NCBI GenBank assembly: GCA_964613815.1
Contig: CAZTKG010000001.1
Location: 72,895 to 136,894, forward strand
Direction of reading: 5' to 3'
Source of the DNA: an uncultured Gammaproteobacteria bacterium
GTDB lineage: Bacteria > Patescibacteriota > Patescibacteriia > UBA9934
Length of the DNA stretch: 64,000 bases
The notes under the pieces are model-generated. The model was not told the origin of the DNA. It made no database searches and saw only the letters and a program-made list of their open reading frames with translations. The translations under genes and the position numbers were made by a program. This document shows, piece after piece, positions 36,676-44,854 of the stretch; position 1 is the first letter of the stretch, and every line of letters starts with the position of its first letter.

Positions 36676-36748
36676 ACAGCCAACTGCTCTGCCACTGAGC
36701 TACCCCGGATTACTTACGTCTTGCGACGGAAATAAGATATCATGATGA

Positions 36749-37192
36749 ATGAAACTTATCAATAGTATGAGCAATGAACAGCCTGGCTTTGTCTTCAACA
36801 CAAACAAGTCGCCTGCCCTTGCATGGGCTCGGCTTGATCTTGTGATTGTTGATCGTGGGTCGAAATATAGTGTTACTGCTGGGCGGGTTGGGTCTGATGA
36901 AGACATACGCGCTTTTATGAAGTGCGTATATCAGGATCGTGATTATCAACAAGCGACGCATAACAGCTATGCGGCTCGGTTTCGTGATCGTGGGATGGTT
37001 ATTGATCGAAAGGCGGACGATGGCGAAGATGGAGCTGGGATGGTGATTTTGCGAGAGTTGCGACGGGTGGAGATGGTGGACGTAATTTGTGTGGTGACGC
37101 GGTGGTTTGGGGGGACGATGTTGTATGCGGATCGGTTTAAGCATTTGCGAGATGGGGCGCGGATGGGGATTGAGGCTTGTTTGAAGGTATGA
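36749..37192 (+). CDS. IMPACT/YigZ-family (UPF0029) protein
   Basis: IVDRGSKYSV...HNSYAARF...DDGEDGAGMVIL...VICVVTRWFGGTMLYADRF matches the YigZ N-domain pattern. Confidence 0.7.
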   Translation: MKLINSMSNEQPGFVFNTNKSPALAWARLDLVIVDRGSKYSVTAGRVGSDEDIRAFMKCVYQDRDYQQATHNSYAARFRDRGMVIDRKADDGEDGAGMVILRELRRVEMVDVICVVTRWFGGTMLYADRFKHLRDGARMGIEACLKV

Positions 37193-37446
37193 AGAAATGG
37201 AGTGTTTATATGTTAAGATGCGGTGATGGGAGTTTGTATACCGGGATAGCCATCGATGTTGAAAAGAGACTTAATGCTCACCGGTCAGGAAAAGGTGCGA
37301 AGTATACGCGTGGTCGATTGCCGCTTGAGGTTGTTTGGCGCGAAAACGATTTGTATGAGGGTGAAGCGAAGAGGCGTGAGATTGAGGTTAAGAAAATGTC
37401 GAGGCGCGATAAAGAGTTGCTAATAAAAAATGCCCTATTGGGCTAG
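37189..37446 (+). CDS. GIY-YIG nuclease-domain protein (YhbQ/UPF0213-like)
   Basis: VYMLRCGDGSLYTGIAIDVEKRLNAHRSGKGAKYTRGRLPLEVVW is the GIY-YIG core. Confidence 0.75.
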   Translation: MKKWSVYMLRCGDGSLYTGIAIDVEKRLNAHRSGKGAKYTRGRLPLEVVWRENDLYEGEAKRREIEVKKMSRRDKELLIKNALLG

Positions 37447-37793
37447 TTTTTCTTCTTTCGTTTTTTCTTCTTTCCGAATTCACTCAGCGGTGGACGAATG
37501 GTGCCGTGGATGATGTCTCCCTCGGTCACATTGAGGTTGATGCCTTCGATGCGACCGACGAGTCCGATGAGAAGGTCGGTGGCAAGAAGGACTTCGCCTC
37601 CCTTGAAGAGCGTGAATTTGAGAAATCTACCGGTGAGATTCGGTCGGTTCAGTTTGCGTGCGCCGCTTTCGGAAAGCTGGCCCTCGCTCGGTTTGCCTTT
37701 TATGATGTTCAGCTTGGTCTTGGGTTTTGGCTTTGGGTTCTCCCGACCTGTGAGTTCTGGAAAGCCGATGTCGTAGAGTTGTCCGATGCTCAC
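37443..37793 (-). CDS. Hypothetical protein (GTG start with GGAGG RBS; the track ORF to 38174 is an artefactual extension)
   Basis: MSIGQLYDIGFPELTGRENPKPKPKTK...KGGEVLLATDLLIGLVGRIEGINLNVTEGDIIHG, an OB/PRC-barrel-like C-terminal half with a KKKKRKKKN tail. Confidence 0.4.
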   Translation of the reverse strand: MSIGQLYDIGFPELTGRENPKPKPKTKLNIIKGKPSEGQLSESGARKLNRPNLTGRFLKFTLFKGGEVLLATDLLIGLVGRIEGINLNVTEGDIIHGTIRPPLSEFGKKKKRKKKN

Positions 37794-37833
37794 GAAACCT
37801 CCGAATAAAAGGGTCCCGCGGTGTTTCAGCGGG

Positions 37834-38085
37834 CTAGAATGGAAGACCGACAGAAATGGTCTGTGGGTCGATTCCGTCAGCGCTGATTGGCAGTTCTGAG
37901 GCGATGATTTGGCCTCGAGAACGAACCGCTCGGGCTGATGGGGTGCGGCATGGTGCCGCTGAGAGGGTGAAGCCGACCGGGGCATGTGCCATGCCGGGTT
38001 CATCCATTGCGACTGCGGCAGCTTCGGTGAGGAAGCCGGTGCAGCGTGTTCCACGGAGCTTGAATGCTTCTTGGTTTGAGAGCAT
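37834..38085 (-). CDS. Possible small protein within GC-rich islet 3
   Basis: 83-aa ORF with GGAGG RBS at 8-nt spacing. Immediately upstream is a perfect 10-bp inverted repeat CTCCGCGACA-(11 nt)-TGTCGCGGAG. Coding status uncertain. Confidence 0.3.
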   Translation of the reverse strand: MLSNQEAFKLRGTRCTGFLTEAAAVAMDEPGMAHAPVGFTLSAAPCRTPSARAVRSRGQIIASELPISADGIDPQTISVGLPF

Positions 38086-38148
38086 GTATAGACCTCCGCG
38101 ACAAAGTATATCATGTCGCGGAGTTGTGCTTGGGGATAGATCATGCCG

Positions 38149-38216
38149 CCATCTCGAGCGAAGACATCTCCCATCTCGAGCGAAGTCGAGAGATCTCTCC
38201 GCTCCGGTCGAGATGG
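38149..38216. repeat. Dispersed palindromic repeat, copy 3 (1.5 tandem units)
   Basis: CCATCTCGAGCGAAGACATCT + CCCATCTCGAGCGAAGTCGAGAGATCTCTCCGCTCCGGTCGAGATGG. Confidence 0.8.
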
Positions 38217-38232
38217 CTGCGATTTTGATGAT

Positions 38233-39696
38233 CTATTTATTGGCTAGTCGACCAAGATCTAGCTCTAGGTTGAAATCAATTTGGCTCACGAAGTGCTCGT
38301 CGTGACTGACCATGATGATGGCGCCTTCGAATTTTGAGAGCGCTTCTGCAATCACAGGTAGGTGACGGAAGTTCACGTGGTTTGTTGGCTCGTCCAAGAT
38401 AAGCATGTTTGGTTTTTGGAGAACGAAGCGCGCAAAGGACAAGAGGGCTTTCTGTCCTTCGCTGAGGGCTCCGACGGGGTTTTGAAGGACGGCGCCGCGG
38501 AGGAGGAATCTTGCCGCTGTCGAGAAGATGGTTTCTGGGTCGTCGACCTCGGTGATTTCTTTGAGGGAGTCGTAGGCGGATTGGGAGAAATCAAGACCAG
38601 AGAAGTCTTGTCGGTAGTAGCCGATCGTGAGGTCTTCTGGGATTTCGGCCCCCTGCTCTGTCCGTTTTGCGAGACGTTCGAGGAGGGTTGTTTTTCCAAT
38701 GCCGTTTGGCCCTTTTACGATGAGGCGGTCGCCTTTGCGCATTTCGATTTCGACGGGTTTTTGTACGCACTCGTTGTTTTGCCAGATTCCTGCTGATGAG
38801 AGGATGAGGTGTTTTTTCGTGTAGTTTCCTGCCTCGATGGTGAATGGCGAGATGGTTTTGTCGTCTTCCTTGACTCTGACCATGCCGGATTCTGCCGAGT
38901 CGATCTCATCCTTCAGCTTTGAGGCGAGTTTTCGCATCTTTCCCCCTTTGTGCGCAAAGAAGTTGACCTTGTCTTTTTTGTCTTGAATTTCTTTTCGGAG
39001 TTGAGCGTTTTTGCGTTGCTCGGCTTCGATTCGGGCTTTGATTTTTTCGACAACGTCGTAGTAGTCGCCGACGTATTGGTCGACTTCTCTTGTCATGATG
39101 TCGAGGTAGATGACGCCGTCGGTGAAGGTGCTGAGAAAGTCGGCATCGTGAGAAATGACAACGACCGTCTTTGGATACATCATCAAAAAGGTCATGAGAT
39201 GACCGATACCTTCTGCATCGAGGTTGTTTGTTGGCTCGTCGAGGAGGAGGATGTCTGGTTCTTGAATGAGGGCGTATGCGAGAAGAAGTCGTGCCTGTTG
39301 ACCTCCTGAGAGGTTACTGATTGGCGCCTGGTGGTCGATTTGGAAATTTACGGCGTCTAGGGCCTTGCTGATGAGTGCGGGGATGTTGCGCGGGATCTCG
39401 TCGAAGGCTGTTTCAAAATACTCGCGGACGGTCTTTTCTTGGTTCTCTCGGCTCATGACTTGCCTTGCGATGCCGATGGTAGCGCCGTTTTTGATGTGGA
39501 TCGTGCCTTTTTTCGGCTGGAGTTCGCCTGTGATGAGCTTGAAAATGGTGGACTTCCCTGCCCCGTTTTGGCCCATGAGGGTGATCTTGGTATTTTCACG
39601 TATAGAAAAATTTGCGTCTTTGAGAAGCGGTTTCTTTTCTACGAATTCAAATGTGACGTCGTCAAAACGGACGATGACTTCTTTTTTGTCGCTCAT
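38233..39696 (-). CDS. ABC-F family ATPase (two ABC domains, no TM domain)
   Basis: Two Walker A / LSGGQ (LSGGQQARLLLAYAL, LSEGQKALLSFARF) / Walker B sets with an inter-domain linker. Confidence 0.9.
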   Translation of the reverse strand: MSDKKEVIVRFDDVTFEFVEKKPLLKDANFSIRENTKITLMGQNGAGKSTIFKLITGELQPKKGTIHIKNGATIGIARQVMSRENQEKTVREYFETAFDEIPRNIPALISKALDAVNFQIDHQAPISNLSGGQQARLLLAYALIQEPDILLLDEPTNNLDAEGIGHLMTFLMMYPKTVVVISHDADFLSTFTDGVIYLDIMTREVDQYVGDYYDVVEKIKARIEAEQRKNAQLRKEIQDKKDKVNFFAHKGGKMRKLASKLKDEIDSAESGMVRVKEDDKTISPFTIEAGNYTKKHLILSSAGIWQNNECVQKPVEIEMRKGDRLIVKGPNGIGKTTLLERLAKRTEQGAEIPEDLTIGYYRQDFSGLDFSQSAYDSLKEITEVDDPETIFSTAARFLLRGAVLQNPVGALSEGQKALLSFARFVLQKPNMLILDEPTNHVNFRHLPVIAEALSKFEGAIIMVSHDEHFVSQIDFNLELDLGRLANK

Positions 39697-39747
39697 AATG
39701 ACGCGATAGTAGCCTAATTATTGATTATTGTCCATCCTCTTTTCCTT

Positions 39748-39818
39748 CCCATCTTGAGCGAAGTCGAGAGATCTGATCACGGCAGGGCTGCGAGATCTCT
39801 CCACAAGGTCGAGATGGG
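39748..39818. repeat. Dispersed palindromic repeat, copy 4 (with 25-bp internal insertion)
   Basis: CCCATCTTGAGCGAAGTCGAGAGATCT-gatcacggcagggctgcgagatctc-TCCACAAGGTCGAGATGGG. Confidence 0.8.
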
Positions 39819-39825
39819 ACTGGAA

Positions 39826-40596
39826 TTAGTGTCCGTGACCTACTGATGCGGTAACTGCCATGATAGCGATTCCGATAACGAAGGCGATGAAGTGGATGAT
39901 GGCTTTCTTTCTGCTTTCTTCGTGTTTGAGTTCTGGAAGTAGGTCAGCTGCGGCGATGTAGATAAAGCTTCCTGCAGCGAATGGGAGGAGCATAGAGACA
40001 GCGCCTTCGACTTGGTTTGCGAGGTAGAATCCCGCGACACCACCGGCAAAGACGGTCATGGCGACGAGATAGTTGACGAGAAGGGCCTTTTTGCGATCCC
40101 AACCGCCGTGGACGAGGACGGCGTAGTCGCCGAGTTCTTGCGGGACTTCGTGGAGAGCGATCGCGAGCGCTGTGCTGATTCCGAGGGCTGGGTTGGCGAT
40201 GAAGGCGCCGGCGATAATGAGACCGTCGATGAAATTATGGACGGCATCTGTGTAGAGGACGAGATGGGAGTAGGATTTGTGCTGGTGTTTTTCTGAGTGT
40301 TCGTTGCTGTGGCAGTGGTGCCAGTTGAAAAATTGTTCGAATAGGAAGGAAATGACGAATCCTCCTGCAAAAATCATGAGCATGTGCATGATGTCTCCTC
40401 CGTGTTCTTCTGCGTGTTCGAAGGATTCTGGGAGGAGATGGAAGATGCTATTTCCGAGCATCGCTCCTGCGGAGAGAGCGACGAGGGAGAGCATGAGTTT
40501 GTTTGTGGTTTTTTCTGCCTTGTAGAAGATCGCGATGCCGATGAGGGAGAGGGTCGCAATGGCGATGGTGGCGATGGAAATGTAGAGAAGGGTCAT
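39826..40596 (-). CDS. ZIP-family divalent metal transporter (ZupT-like)
   Basis: HEVPQELGDYAVL signature with multiple TM helices and a His-rich loop. Confidence 0.85.
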   Translation of the reverse strand: MTLLYISIATIAIATLSLIGIAIFYKAEKTTNKLMLSLVALSAGAMLGNSIFHLLPESFEHAEEHGGDIMHMLMIFAGGFVISFLFEQFFNWHHCHSNEHSEKHQHKSYSHLVLYTDAVHNFIDGLIIAGAFIANPALGISTALAIALHEVPQELGDYAVLVHGGWDRKKALLVNYLVAMTVFAGGVAGFYLANQVEGAVSMLLPFAAGSFIYIAAADLLPELKHEESRKKAIIHFIAFVIGIAIMAVTASVGHGH

Positions 40597-40913
40597 ACGA
40601 CGCAGTTAAAACAGAGTTTTATGAGTTCTAAGTTGTGGATTGGGAGATGTTTTGCGGGACACGGGATGCATTTGATGATTTCGCATTTTTTACAGATGCT
40701 GTGGTCATGGTGCTTTTTTGATGCGAGTTCGTAGTGAGTCTTGCCGTCGTGGACGTGGGCTTGTTTGATGATGTCGGCTTTGGTGAGTTTGGTGAGATTG
40801 CGGTAGATGGTGCTGAGGTCTCCCCCAAGCTCGGCGTGAAGCTGGGCCGCCGTCCATGTGCGGCTTGATTGGAATTGATCGATGATACGCTTTCGATCTT
40901 TGGTCATTCGCAT
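40593..40913 (-). CDS. Fur-family metalloregulator (likely Zur, given ZIP co-transcription)
   Basis: Winged-helix N-domain, then HHDHSICKKCEII...CPC metal-binding motifs. Overlaps the ZIP transporter start by 4 nt. Confidence 0.7.
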   Translation of the reverse strand: MRMTKDRKRIIDQFQSSRTWTAAQLHAELGGDLSTIYRNLTKLTKADIIKQAHVHDGKTHYELASKKHHDHSICKKCEIIKCIPCPAKHLPIHNLELIKLCFNCVV

Positions 40914-40926
40914 ATGACACTATTAT

Positions 40927-40942
40927 TGCAAATGCATTTGCA
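40927..40942. promoter_or_regulatory. Perfect 16-bp palindrome TGCAAATGCATTTGCA upstream of the zur-zip operon, candidate Fur/Zur box
   Basis: Located 14 bp upstream of the regulator start codon. Perfect dyad symmetry. Confidence 0.5.
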
Positions 40943-41067
40943 TTTGGCAAATCCTGTTCTCTCTCCTCCCCTGTTTTTATTGATTCAATTTCCTCCTTGA
41001 TACAAATGTGCTCCGTACGGACCATTTTTGTATCAAGGAGATGTTCGATGTTTTATGGCAAAAAAAT

Positions 41068-41092
41068 AGTCCTCCCGTTTTTGCGGGAGGGA
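41068..41092 (-). terminator. Rho-independent terminator of P1
   Basis: CCTCCCG-caaaaa-CGGGAGG followed on the minus strand by ACTATTTTTTTG. Confidence 0.6.
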
Positions 41093-41099
41093 GTGTTTT

Positions 41100-42428
41100 C
41101 TAGTGACCTCCTTGCCTAGAGCGTCTTGCGCGATCTCTGGAGATTAGGGGCTTGACGTAGTTCCAGTTGATTTCTGTCTGTTCTTCAATGAGTGTTGAGA
41201 GTTCTTCGAAGAGGTCGACGGGTAGTCTTTGGATGTGCGTTAGCGTTGCTCGCTCCTTGATGGAGCGTGCAAGCACGTTGCCAATTGTGACGCCCTTGGC
41301 GCGCGCTGCTTGCGCGGCGCGTAAAACGGCATTCAAGTCCATGCCGTTCAGAAATGGACTGAATTGCACGTGGGTGAAGAGTATTTGCGCGGATGCAATG
41401 AGTGCCTCGCGGCGGTCGCTGATGTGCAGTCGTTCAGAGATTTGGGTGAAAAAGACCATTCTCGCACTGACAGCGATTAGTCCTTCGAAGATTTCGGCTG
41501 CTCGATCGCGGATGTCTGGAGCAGCTAGATAAGCGCGGCTCATAAGCTCTTCATTTCGCGTCTGCCGCGCAATGTCGATTGCCTCCTGCCAGGCTTCGAG
41601 GGCAATGAGGCGATTGATGAGTTCAATCGCGAATGAAGAGGAGAGGTCACTCTGCATTGGTTCGACGAGAAGACCTGCATCATTGCAGACTCTTGTGACC
41701 ATGGAAAACAGTGATCGATTTCGACTGAGTGCTTCACGTGGGGTGACTTGATGATCGGGGTCTAGTCTTGTGAGCATTCCAGGTATATCTGATTTGTAGT
41801 GGTCGCATAGGCGGCTGACGATGCGATCGTTGAGGAGTGCTTCTCGGATGGTGGCCGGGTCTTGCAGCAGAATGCAGATACCTGCGGAGGCCATGCTTGC
41901 CTTTGCAAATGTCATCAGCTGAGCATCATCACCGATAAATTCTTGCACTGCCGGCTGATTTGGTCCAAGTATGATTTCATCGGTTTCGACCAGTCGGAGA
42001 ATCAGCTCGGCCTTGCTGCCGATGTGTGGGTCTTGTTCAATGGATTGGACGTTGGTTGGGATGCTTGCAATTCCCCACCTTCCCCCGCGAAGTACTCTGA
42101 CGCGAGCTTTGCTTGGAGTTTGCGAGATGAGGAGACCGATGCGTTCGTAGTTTGTGCCATAGCGAACGCCTGCACCGATGGGGATTGCCTCATCCTCTGC
42201 CACGCCGAGGCGCTGGAGGCCGGCGAGATACATTGCCTGAAGTTCGGCTTCGGCGTGTTCGCGTTGCTTGGGTGTGATGTCGTGCGTCTTGACGTCGATC
42301 CGGAGGTGGATGCTGACGTCACCGGGCCTTGCTGGGTCCTTCTTGTGCGGGACGCGGTCGGTGATGTGGCCGCTCGGGTGGACGATGGACCAGCGGATGA
42401 GAGAGGTGTCGGTGTCTTGCGAGTACAT
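41100..42428 (-). CDS. Hypothetical 442-aa protein P1 of GC-rich island 4
   Basis: About 58% GC, Ala/Arg/Leu-rich, predicted all-helical. No recognisable motif. Preceded 120 bp upstream by direct-repeat copy 1. Confidence 0.5.
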   Translation of the reverse strand: MYSQDTDTSLIRWSIVHPSGHITDRVPHKKDPARPGDVSIHLRIDVKTHDITPKQREHAEAELQAMYLAGLQRLGVAEDEAIPIGAGVRYGTNYERIGLLISQTPSKARVRVLRGGRWGIASIPTNVQSIEQDPHIGSKAELILRLVETDEIILGPNQPAVQEFIGDDAQLMTFAKASMASAGICILLQDPATIREALLNDRIVSRLCDHYKSDIPGMLTRLDPDHQVTPREALSRNRSLFSMVTRVCNDAGLLVEPMQSDLSSSFAIELINRLIALEAWQEAIDIARQTRNEELMSRAYLAAPDIRDRAAEIFEGLIAVSARMVFFTQISERLHISDRREALIASAQILFTHVQFSPFLNGMDLNAVLRAAQAARAKGVTIGNVLARSIKERATLTHIQRLPVDLFEELSTLIEEQTEINWNYVKPLISRDRARRSRQGGH

Positions 42429-42550
42429 GAGGGCTCCATCTCGCCTCGGCGAGATTTGGAAGGTACAAGGACGTCTCCAGGTTCCTGGCTGATGAATTCA
42501 GACAGGCAGACGGGTTTTAGCCCGTTTTTCAATCCTTTCGGAACGATTGA

Positions 42551-42613
42551 CCTTGCGGTCCAGCTTCTTCTGACGTCTCAGGGAGAAGAGGTTGAGGGTA
42601 GCAGTGATGGTGA
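42551..42613. repeat. 63-bp exact direct repeat, copy 1
   Basis: CCTTGCGGTCCAGCTTCTTCTGACGTCTCAGGGAGAAGAGGTTGAGGGTAGCAGTGATGGTGA. Identical at 47375..47437. Confidence 0.85.
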
Positions 42614-42647
42614 GGGGCGTCAATTAAAAAACCACGGAGAATGAGGT

Positions 42648-43778
42648 CTACGTGGGTTCGGGATCGGCCGTTTTGGTTCGGGTGGCGATCTCGTCGCGGA
42701 TTTGTTGAAGTGTGATGCGCGAGCCTGGGAGACAGACTCGGTCTGGGTCTGGATGTCTTTGCGTGTAGACAAGGATCGACTCGACTGCCGTTAGGCCGTC
42801 GAGGGCGGCATCTTTGAGGGGTACGATGTCCTGCTCCCAATATGTCATCGCATCGCTGAGATGCTTTGAAGCGTGTGGGAGTCTCTGGGACGCGGCGAGA
42901 CGAGTCCAGGCTTGAACCTGTTCAGCAAAGTCTAGCATCGCTACGACTTTGTACAATGAGGATGGGCTCGTGTCGCGCGCTTCGAGCGTAGTCGCTAGTA
43001 CGCGAATGGCGGCCTTGCTCAGTTGCGGGATACGAGGATGCGGGCTTGTTCCGTCAATGTCGCGCAACGCAATCCAGATTCCGAGACGGTCTTTCTGCTT
43101 GCTTTTGGGAAGGTGATGGTAGATAGACGTCTGACAATTGCCGTCGCTTTTGTTGATCAAAAAGTCAACAAGACGCTCGACGAGATCGAGCTCAATGAGT
43201 CTTTTGACGGTGTCGGAGAAGAGTTCGATGTACGTTGTATCGGTGAGGATTTCGAACATCTCTTCTGCTTGGTCGGCGCCCCATAGCGCAATTTGCGCTC
43301 CATAGATCGACTTCGGAAGCCTCAACACCAGCTTCGGGCTCAGGCCTTGTCCGATTTCGAGGAGGTTGAATAGGTTTGCGAGTTTAGATCTCACCGCGGA
43401 AAGTCTAGCGCTCCCTGCTTCATTCAGAAAGCGGTGGATAGCTCCTGGGCTGACAAGAAGTTCAATGCCATGAACTGCGCAGTCCGATGAGAGGAGCATG
43501 CAGTTTGCGAGTGTGCCTTGAGCGACGTATTGCAGCGCGTTGATTGCGGTCGGGCAGCCTGATGTTGCGAGAAGTTCGGTGAGGGCGTCGTATGATCCGT
43601 TTGGCTTGATTGGTCGAATGACGACGCGGTCCTTGGGTACTGAGCCGACTCCGAGCTTGCCGGTTCCGTCCATCATGTCGACTCGGACGGTCGTTGCGAG
43701 CTCTTCGACGACGATGCCGAAGGTGCCATCAAAAGCGATGATCGAGCCGCGGGGGAAAAGATAGCAAGGGGTATTCAT
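42648..43778 (-). CDS. Hypothetical 376-aa protein P2 of island 4
   Basis: GC-rich. N-terminal MNTPCYLFPRGSIIAFDGTFGIVVEELATTVRV... No motif recognised. Confidence 0.5.
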   Translation of the reverse strand: MNTPCYLFPRGSIIAFDGTFGIVVEELATTVRVDMMDGTGKLGVGSVPKDRVVIRPIKPNGSYDALTELLATSGCPTAINALQYVAQGTLANCMLLSSDCAVHGIELLVSPGAIHRFLNEAGSARLSAVRSKLANLFNLLEIGQGLSPKLVLRLPKSIYGAQIALWGADQAEEMFEILTDTTYIELFSDTVKRLIELDLVERLVDFLINKSDGNCQTSIYHHLPKSKQKDRLGIWIALRDIDGTSPHPRIPQLSKAAIRVLATTLEARDTSPSSLYKVVAMLDFAEQVQAWTRLAASQRLPHASKHLSDAMTYWEQDIVPLKDAALDGLTAVESILVYTQRHPDPDRVCLPGSRITLQQIRDEIATRTKTADPEPT

Positions 43779-43861
43779 GAGATCTCCATGGTTGGAAGGT
43801 GCGGCATGAGCTTACGGTTGATTTTGTTGATTGTCAATAAAAAGCCCTCACTTTCGTGAGG

Positions 43862-44794
43862 TTATCGAGGCCGACTCATCTGCGTGACGTGGTGCTGGAG
43901 CCAAGTCGTTTTTGATCCGTCTAATTCTTTTGCGAGCGCAGAGAGAATCGGCAGGATCTGTGCGGCGATATCTGTATGCAGCGTGAAGCACGCGATGCGA
44001 GCGAGGTTGAGGTAGAAGTCGCGAGCCTGATCTTTTCTGTAGAACGGGCTTCGGATTTGGTGCGCGGTGAGGTCGAGGAGTTGCTGGAGATCGTCGGCGC
44101 GGCGAAAGGCTCTTGCGATGGATGGATCTTGCTCGATGTAGGCGATGGCTTTTCTGGGTCGGAGTGCTGCTTTGCCGATTTTTTCGTTGTCTCGATCCTG
44201 GTGATCGATGAGCGATGTGAACGCGAGCGCACGTGCTTCGAGGGCGATGACGGCGAGTTGCGGCACGGTGCCGATGAGCATGCGGTAAGCGTAGCCGTCT
44301 GCGCGTCTTAAGGACTGTACGATCTCGAGTCCTGCGCGTGTTGCGAGTTTGCTTGCGCGTTCGAATTCCTCTTCCAACGCCGGTTCACTGTTGATGCAGA
44401 AGGCGTCGTTCAGGCGTTTATCTCGTTGATCACGCGCTTCTCGTGGCATCTTGCTGATGCTGTAGCGAGCCATCTTTGCGCCGTGAAGGAGGATGCGTGC
44501 ATGAAGATGCGTCGTTGGGCAGGCGTTCGTGCCACGTCTGACGAGACGGTTTGAGCCTTGGACGAGTCGATGCCAAAGTTCGCTGTTTCGAGCGATTTGA
44601 CTGGCCATGGTTCGGATTCCGCCCTGCTCGATACTCTCGAAGAGGGCGAGGAGCTGGGCGAAGGTCGATGTCTCTGGTCCGAGAATGCGTGGAAGATGCG
44701 CGCTTGTCCATGCCGCTTTTTCCGCGGCAGCTCGGAGAGCTTCTTCGCGGTTCATGTAGATGGGTCGATAAACCGTGGGGAACGAGAGGGGCAT
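43862..44794 (-). CDS. Hypothetical 310-aa protein P3 of island 4 (paralog of P5, distantly of P4)
   Basis: C-terminus ...DFYLNLARIACFTLHTD...TWLQHHV parallels P5 ...RFLYSIATLACFTRYDD...AWLTAHA. N-terminal LGPETSTFAQLL...IRTMASQIARNSEL parallels P5 LGADAVAYRNLR...IRAMSRNTGLIAAEI. Confidence 0.5.
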   Translation of the reverse strand: MPLSFPTVYRPIYMNREEALRAAAEKAAWTSAHLPRILGPETSTFAQLLALFESIEQGGIRTMASQIARNSELWHRLVQGSNRLVRRGTNACPTTHLHARILLHGAKMARYSISKMPREARDQRDKRLNDAFCINSEPALEEEFERASKLATRAGLEIVQSLRRADGYAYRMLIGTVPQLAVIALEARALAFTSLIDHQDRDNEKIGKAALRPRKAIAYIEQDPSIARAFRRADDLQQLLDLTAHQIRSPFYRKDQARDFYLNLARIACFTLHTDIAAQILPILSALAKELDGSKTTWLQHHVTQMSRPR

Positions 44795-44854
44795 TGGCTC
44801 TCCTGTGATGAAAGAACGGCCTGAGATTAGCTTGTTTTTTTGATTTTGTAAAGA

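Larger units (their letters stand above)
36111..36709 (-). tRNA. tRNA-Asn(GUU) gene interrupted in the anticodon loop by a group I intron
   Basis: 5' exon (36676..36709) reads TCCGGGG-TA-GCTCAGTGGCAGAGC-A-GTTGG-CUGU. 3' exon (36111..36151) reads UAA-CCAAT-TGGTC-GTGGGTTCGAATCCCAC-CCCCGGA-G-CCA. Joined they give a 75-nt cloverleaf with a 7-bp acceptor stem, U1-A72, G73 and anticodon loop CUGUUAA. The 5' exon ends in U and the intron ends in G (omega-G). Confidence 0.8.

Noticed and set aside
37794-38174. N-terminal 130 aa of the 243-aa track ORF 37443..38174
   Set aside because: Low-complexity Ser/Pro/His-rich translation across a GC-rich islet with no start context. A GTG with a GGAGG RBS at 37793 gives a compact 116-aa protein instead.
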